From: Acidobacteriota bacterium
GTDB taxonomy: Bacteria; Acidobacteriota; UBA6911; RPQK01; JAJDTT01
Direction: 5' to 3'
NCBI GenBank assembly: GCA_965217775.1
Contig: CBDCJH010000002.1
Coordinates: forward strand, 4,352,001 to 4,416,000
Length of the DNA: 64,000 nt
In this document: positions 59,053-64,000 of the stretch, in pieces
Position numbering within the stretch: the first letter of the stretch is position 1
Layout of the letters: every line of letters begins with the position of its first letter
The notes under the pieces: model-generated
Seen by the model: the letters and a program-made list of their open reading frames with translations, nothing else
Databases searched by the model: none
Told to the model about the DNA's origin: nothing
Made by a program: the position numbers and the translations under genes

Positions 59053-59925
59053 TCAGTACGTCCCGATCCCCAGCACATCCTTCTCCCAGGGCGTCAGTCG
59101 TTTGATCTGTTCGGGAGAAAGGGCGCGAACCTCCGTGTACTCGGGGATGGTCTCCTCGAGGCCGAGCAGCTTCCGCATTTCCGGGAGGAGGCGATCCTGC
59201 ACACCCTGTGGAATGACGCGGGCGTTGTCGATCATCCCCTTGACCCACCATCGCTGGAAAAAGGCCAGTATGGAATGCTGGACGTCGTCGCTGCGGTTGA
59301 TGCCGCTGGCGTGCCAAAGCGCCGCATCCCAAACGATGGCCGTACCCGCGGGAACGACCGCTTGGTGGGATCCCGGGGAGTCGGCATCCGGGTCGGGGAT
59401 CTCACAGGACTTGTGAGTGCCGGGCCAAACCAGGGTAGCTCCGTTCTCGGCGGTGAAATCCACAACCGCCCAGGCGACGTTGATCGCCATCGGGTAGTGC
59501 TTGCCGCCCTCGAAGGGCACGATGCTGAATGGAGACCGGTCGGCGTGAATCTGGAATCCGCGCCCGGGTTCTCTGCCCTCGCTGGGTCGAATCGAACGCG
59601 CCGTTGCGTCGTACAGGACCATGTCCCCACCCAGGTATTCACGGCACACGGAGAGGACCGGCGGGTTCAGGTAGAAGGTCTCGAAGCAAGGATGCTTGCC
59701 CACGATGCAGTGGGCGGACCAGCAGTGCTCGGACGAAGTTCCCAGGCGCAGAGCGATCTCGCTCTCCCGTTGGTAGATGTCTTCCGCCGCTTGGATGGCT
59801 GGAGCCAGAAACTCGGCGTCGAGAGCGTCCGGGATGATCGTGTAACCCTGCTCCCCAAGTTCTCCAACGTGGAACTCCAGTTCTGACGGCGTTAGCTCTC
59901 TACCGCTCGAGAAGCTGCTCTTCAT
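59053..59925 (-). CDS. Phytanoyl-CoA dioxygenase-family Fe/2OG enzyme
   Basis: HAD, DFTAENGAT, PGTH, WHASG. Confidence 0.9.
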   Translation of the reverse strand: MKSSFSSGRELTPSELEFHVGELGEQGYTIIPDALDAEFLAPAIQAAEDIYQRESEIALRLGTSSEHCWSAHCIVGKHPCFETFYLNPPVLSVCREYLGGDMVLYDATARSIRPSEGREPGRGFQIHADRSPFSIVPFEGGKHYPMAINVAWAVVDFTAENGATLVWPGTHKSCEIPDPDADSPGSHQAVVPAGTAIVWDAALWHASGINRSDDVQHSILAFFQRWWVKGMIDNARVIPQGVQDRLLPEMRKLLGLEETIPEYTEVRALSPEQIKRLTPWEKDVLGIGTY

Positions 59926-60121
59926 GAATCATGCCCTACAAATGCCGTTTTGGAAACGCCAATGCCAAGCGGTGCCTGCGTTAGTCAAACAGCCTACTAC
60001 ACGATTTGCTTCGCGAAAACACTTGGAGAAGGTGACTGTACCCTTCGCCTGCGGCAGAATTTGGTGCAGATGTGCAATCAGCCAAATGGATTATCCTCCA
60101 CGAAACAGTAACGATACCCCA

Positions 60122-61135
60122 TCATGGAAGCGAACATGACAACAATCGATCCACGTATGAAGAAATCCCAGTGGTAAACCAAGAGTCTGAGGAGAAGCGC
60201 TCCGATTCCAATCGCGGTGCTGGCCCCCTCGCATCACCTCGGATCAGCACTACCCCACCTTTTTCTACGACCTTACCGATTTGTACAACGTCGGCACCTA
60301 AATCAGCTGCGATATTAAGCATCGCCCGCGAGTCATTATGAGCGACTGCGACCAAGACGTTCCAGTCACCCCATCCTAGCCAGAATCTAGCAGGGTCAGC
60401 GATTCCAGTCTGTTCCCAGTTAGATACCGTCAGTCGCTCCAAATCGATCTCAATGCCCACTTTATTCGCATCTGCTAGCTGTCCTAACGAAGCAAGCAGA
60501 CCATCGCTGTTGTCAATAGAAGCCTTTATATGCCCTGCCCGGCCAAATTCTGGCAGTACCCGCAGTTGCGAAACGGGACGATAAAGTCTTGACACCCGTG
60601 AATCCACCTGGAAGCCAGCCTTTATCAGCAGCGCGTCTCTCCAAAAACTACCCCCTTTACCGATGCTGAATATCAGATCACCGACATCGGCACCTGACCT
60701 CGAAAGCCCTCCAGCCGACGGAACTGTCCCGACCGCTGTGCCCGTAGCCGAAAATTCCTTACCCTCTTTTAGATTGCCACCTAAATACTCAAGTTTCTCA
60801 GTGACACAAGCATCTGCGATGCCCTGCAGCAGCCGGTCCAGTTCCTTCACAGACGCGGCCGGTGGGGCCTCAATGGAAGCCACAAAACCACCCGGAGTCG
60901 CACCAGCCGCGGCTAGGTCGGACGCGTTGATCGTAACAAGGAGCCAGCCTTTCCAGTAAGGATCGGAGTCACCCGCAAGGACAAATGCTGCCGGCTCGGG
61001 TACCGGATCTGTCGTGATTGCTAATCGGCTTCCTGCCAGATCAAAAAGAGCACAGTCATCCCCTGCAACAGAGCAGTGCCTGCGGATGACTTCGTTAATG
61101 AGTCGCCGTTCACCAATGTCGTAAAGCTTCAACAT
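60122..61135 (-). CDS. ThiL-like kinase (AIR-synthase-related fold), divergent
   Basis: GE..LI, GDDCA, TTD, NASDLAAAGATP, GGN, DNSDGL; GWGDW replaces GGEDY. Confidence 0.82.
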   Translation of the reverse strand: MLKLYDIGERRLINEVIRRHCSVAGDDCALFDLAGSRLAITTDPVPEPAAFVLAGDSDPYWKGWLLVTINASDLAAAGATPGGFVASIEAPPAASVKELDRLLQGIADACVTEKLEYLGGNLKEGKEFSATGTAVGTVPSAGGLSRSGADVGDLIFSIGKGGSFWRDALLIKAGFQVDSRVSRLYRPVSQLRVLPEFGRAGHIKASIDNSDGLLASLGQLADANKVGIEIDLERLTVSNWEQTGIADPARFWLGWGDWNVLVAVAHNDSRAMLNIAADLGADVVQIGKVVEKGGVVLIRGDARGPAPRLESERFSSDSWFTTGISSYVDRLLSCSLP

Positions 61136-61144
61136 TAAGCCTAC

Positions 61145-62269
61145 CTATTTGGTGAGTATCAATACGTGCTCACCGGTGATGCTCGGGGTCTGCCGGCGCT
61201 GAGAGGATACGCGGCGATTTATATCGACTACCAAGTCAAATCCAGCAACCTTTAGAGATTCCTTCAGATCTGATATAACCGAATCTCGCGTTTTCGACTC
61301 GCCGATCACGATGACGCAAGCGCCATTCGGTCGCAAGCAACGATAAGTTTCCTCGAATACGGATCGTAGATCAGTCAAGTATTCTTTTCTCGCTGCCTTT
61401 CGATGCCTTTTACTCCGTGCTCCGATTTCGATCCGCCGTAGTGGCTCGATCTCAAAGCCAAACCACTCCATTGAGAGACGCTGAGACTTTACGTAGTCGC
61501 TCACTCCGAAGTAGGGTGGTGAGGTCACGACTAAATCGACACTATTTTCTCTAAATTTCTTCAGTGCGTGCCTCGCGTCACCGCAGATCACGTCTACCGG
61601 CGCTATGCTGTCGATCCCAGCCTCCACAATGTATTGGTCGCGGTCCCTATAGGCCTTGGCGAGTCGCTCAAGGAAAGCATTGTACAGTTTTAAGACATCA
61701 GCCGACTTATTGGCTTTAGGCGTAGAGTTGTCACAGATGTAACCCCAATGGCGATCTTCTCTGCAAGAGGGCAGAAGGCAAGCAGAAAACGCCGCTTCCG
61801 CAATCGTTTTTTGCGCGCCCTCAAATGCCCCGATCAAACCCCACATACTGGCGAGTCTCTCGAGGACCGATTCTGTGTACCACTTCTCTCCTTGCAGGCC
61901 TGCCGGCAAGGTTGTGGTCCACGACGCATCATTGTCGAGTGGTTGATAATCGGTTCCGATCAGTTCAGAAACGTATTCTTCGATGGTCGATGCTCTAGTT
62001 GGCAAAGTCTTAGCTTTACTGATCATATATGAAACAGGATTCACATCGATGCCGATAGCGTTTCGACCGAGCCGCTGAGCTTCAACAAGAGTTGTACCGG
62101 AGCCCATAAACGGGTCGAGAATTGTTTGCCCCGGCTTACTTAAAAGTCCGATCAAGCTGGTTGGCAACTGCGATACAAAGCGAGCCGGGTGCCAATGAAT
62201 AGTTGAGAACAGAGACTCACTCTGCGACCCAGCGAAATCCCAGTCAATCCTTTTAAGGCGCGAAATCAA
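61145..62269 (-). CDS. DNA methyltransferase, N4C/N6A alpha-type order
   Basis: DPFMGSGTT before TSPPY; TTG start overlapping HD gene end. Confidence 0.88.
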   Translation of the reverse strand: MISRLKRIDWDFAGSQSESLFSTIHWHPARFVSQLPTSLIGLLSKPGQTILDPFMGSGTTLVEAQRLGRNAIGIDVNPVSYMISKAKTLPTRASTIEEYVSELIGTDYQPLDNDASWTTTLPAGLQGEKWYTESVLERLASMWGLIGAFEGAQKTIAEAAFSACLLPSCREDRHWGYICDNSTPKANKSADVLKLYNAFLERLAKAYRDRDQYIVEAGIDSIAPVDVICGDARHALKKFRENSVDLVVTSPPYFGVSDYVKSQRLSMEWFGFEIEPLRRIEIGARSKRHRKAARKEYLTDLRSVFEETYRCLRPNGACVIVIGESKTRDSVISDLKESLKVAGFDLVVDINRRVSSQRRQTPSITGEHVLILTK

Positions 62270-63524
62270 ACGAGTAGTTAAAATTGTCGATTCTCCCTTT
62301 GGGCCCTATCCGTAGTTGCAATATGCGATCTTCTCCGAGCTTGCCTTCTTTAACAATCGATATGGCGGCACGCCGACAGTTCTTTAAACTAATGTTTGTG
62401 CCATGCTTCACGAACCCATAGACGATGGTGCTAGAACTCCATTTGCCATACTTCCAGCATTCCCCACTAGTCGGGTCTGTGAAGTTCACCTCCTTGGAAA
62501 ACGAGCCCCGATCCTCAAAAACGTACGCATAACAACATGTTGCCCGAAACGTACCGCTCACAATTCGATTGGTGACATTTTGTACTGCCTTTCTATCATC
62601 ATAGCCCAAATCGCTAATCGAGCCTGCCAGTTGCATAGCAAACACCATTGACGGCAGACGCCCCAAATACTCCTGGAGAAGTAACTTAGTCGTCGGTTTT
62701 TGCCGAAGGATTTCGATTAACTCCTCATCGTACAGGTCCCACCAGTCCTGATCTAAGACATCTTCCTGGAGTGCTACACTCAGTGCCTGAGAAAGGACTG
62801 CCTGCGCTGCCACCGTATAAGGGTCGAAGACTAGGGTCTCATAGACAGATTGGCGTACTTGCGCCCACTCTGCGACTAACGGGGACATTTCTTCGTGTAG
62901 CAAGAGTTTGCCATCCGTGGCGACATCCAACGAACGTGCGAGCTTAACAGCTAACCGGGGATTTGCCTCCATCCCGAGTGCCCAAGCCATTCTCATTACG
63001 TTGTCGAGATTGTCCAAGTCCATACTCCCGAATAAAAGCGGGGACATAGCATGTTTGGACTTTAGGATCTCCCGCACAAGATCTATATCGATGCCATGCT
63101 TCGCCATGATGTCACGGAACTCAAGGCTACGACCTCCAAACGGCTGGTGAGCCCGGTTCTCTGGAGCATGGCAACCAACCAAAACGAGATCTGGTACAGC
63201 CTCATGGTGCCAATACGAACGTTCCCGCAGATGGTATTCAAAAAGATGGCCGAATGGTGGAGTCCCAACGTCATGGAGCAGAACTGCCGCCATGAATGCA
63301 AGCCGCTCGTGATCTGAGAATTGAATCCGAACCATGTTCCCACAGAGATGCAGGACACCAAGAGTGTGAGAGTACCGACGGATTTCACCTAGCGTCGCAA
63401 GGCTCGGTGAGAATGTGTTTAGCAAACGAATTTGCGAGAGCCTTCGAACCTCCGGGCTAAACAGTAGCTTGTCAATTAACGCCGGGGTCTCGAACTGTCC
63501 ATAGAGGGGATCGAATACTCTCAT
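62253..63524 (-). CDS. HD-domain phosphohydrolase (SAMHD1/YdhJ-like)
   Basis: RRLSQIRLL, RYSHTLGV, LLHDVGTPPFGH, DLDNLD; ATG 63524 in ATGA overlap. Confidence 0.88.
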   Translation of the reverse strand: MRVFDPLYGQFETPALIDKLLFSPEVRRLSQIRLLNTFSPSLATLGEIRRYSHTLGVLHLCGNMVRIQFSDHERLAFMAAVLLHDVGTPPFGHLFEYHLRERSYWHHEAVPDLVLVGCHAPENRAHQPFGGRSLEFRDIMAKHGIDIDLVREILKSKHAMSPLLFGSMDLDNLDNVMRMAWALGMEANPRLAVKLARSLDVATDGKLLLHEEMSPLVAEWAQVRQSVYETLVFDPYTVAAQAVLSQALSVALQEDVLDQDWWDLYDEELIEILRQKPTTKLLLQEYLGRLPSMVFAMQLAGSISDLGYDDRKAVQNVTNRIVSGTFRATCCYAYVFEDRGSFSKEVNFTDPTSGECWKYGKWSSSTIVYGFVKHGTNISLKNCRRAAISIVKEGKLGEDRILQLRIGPKGRIDNFNYSFDFAP

Positions 63525-64000
63525 GGACGCCTCCGAAAGAGTTCGAAAATCGGCGGCCCGCAGATCCAGCCCACGATTAACACGCCAAGCTGCCCGCATA
63601 TGCGGGCGATTGTAGAGTTAATGTCTTCGAGAAAGCCGGCGAGGACAGTAACAAATGTCATCGCTACAATTGGGATAACGCGATCCCACCAAATTCCCGG
63701 ACCTCGTTCGCGGAGTAAGCTGTAGGTGAGCCTTCTCTGGACGCCAAGGGTGTGCCGACTTTGCTTGGCAAGCTTTAGGAGCAAAGCAAGCCATGCATTG
63801 TCTTTGCTGGCAGGTGCACGTTCCGGCTCAGGCCTATAGAGAAAATTATTCTTTTCCAGTTCGTGAACCAATGCGCCAAGAATTCGCTCAGCTCGAAGTC
63901 GGAGAAACGTGGGAGCGTTTGGCAGAAAGCCAGCGATCGCCAATAGGATCGCCTTCGGAACAATGAAATAGTCACGACCCCACCGCGGAGAGCCATTGGA
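63521..64000 (-). CDS. Partial hypothetical protein with two C-terminal hydrophobic segments
   Basis: Frame is open to the window edge; VIPIVAMTFVTVLAGFL and LGVLIVGWICGPPIF. Confidence 0.6.
   Translation of the reverse strand, partial: SNGSPRWGRDYFIVPKAILLAIAGFLPNAPTFLRLRAERILGALVHELEKNNFLYRPEPERAPASKDNAWLALLLKLAKQSRHTLGVQRRLTYSLLRERGPGIWWDRVIPIVAMTFVTVLAGFLEDINSTIARICGQLGVLIVGWICGPPIFELFRRRP

Larger units (their letters stand above)
29717..60044. repeat. Dispersed junction motif GTGACTGTCCCCT, about 19 copies
   Basis: Forward cores near 32068, 32151, 35742, 38131, 38895, 39333, 41839, 41948, 42406, 43286, 47068, 51784, 53338, 54157, 54508, 54541, 60032 (several degenerate); reverse at 29721 and 44238 (25-bp identical pair). 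Confidence 0.85.

Noticed and set aside
29717-60044. Junction motif as integron attC or Xer/dif sites
   Set aside because: No RYYYAAC...GTTRRRY hairpins, no 11-6-11 dif structure, no integrase in window.
1-64000. tRNA, rRNA, prophage or CRISPR-Cas
   Set aside because: No recognisable signatures seen.

Overview
GC-rich bacterial chromosomal window, probably Acidobacteriota (TIGR03435-like gene, DUF1501/PSD1 pairs, sulfatase; inference). About 1-29.7 kb is mixed housekeeping and accessory DNA: an isocitrate dehydrogenase 5' end carrying an unusual CxxC-CxxC insertion, a class IV aminotransferase, an ANK-TPR protein, a lexA-imuA-imuB-dnaE2 mutagenesis cassette with a candidate operator, many toxin-antitoxin genes, a catalytically degenerate IS110, CTAG-flanked MITEs and a REP-like hairpin family. 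About 29.7-64 kb is a mosaic of unrelated modules and gene fragments whose junctions repeatedly coincide with a short, mostly co-oriented motif (GGAGTAAAGAAGGTGACTGTCCCCTTCTC-like, about 19 copies). Cargo includes a ubiquitin-like Ubl/E2-E1/DUF6527 operon with divergent RHH-GNAT-HTH-IrrE/ImmA regulators, a PhoD plus permuted-papain pair, an HD/N4C-methyltransferase/ThiL-like operon, an IS1380, and two 643-bp ORF-less group II introns whose EBS sequences match, and which sit inside, the REP hairpins. All family assignments are from motif recognition by eye; no database search was run.
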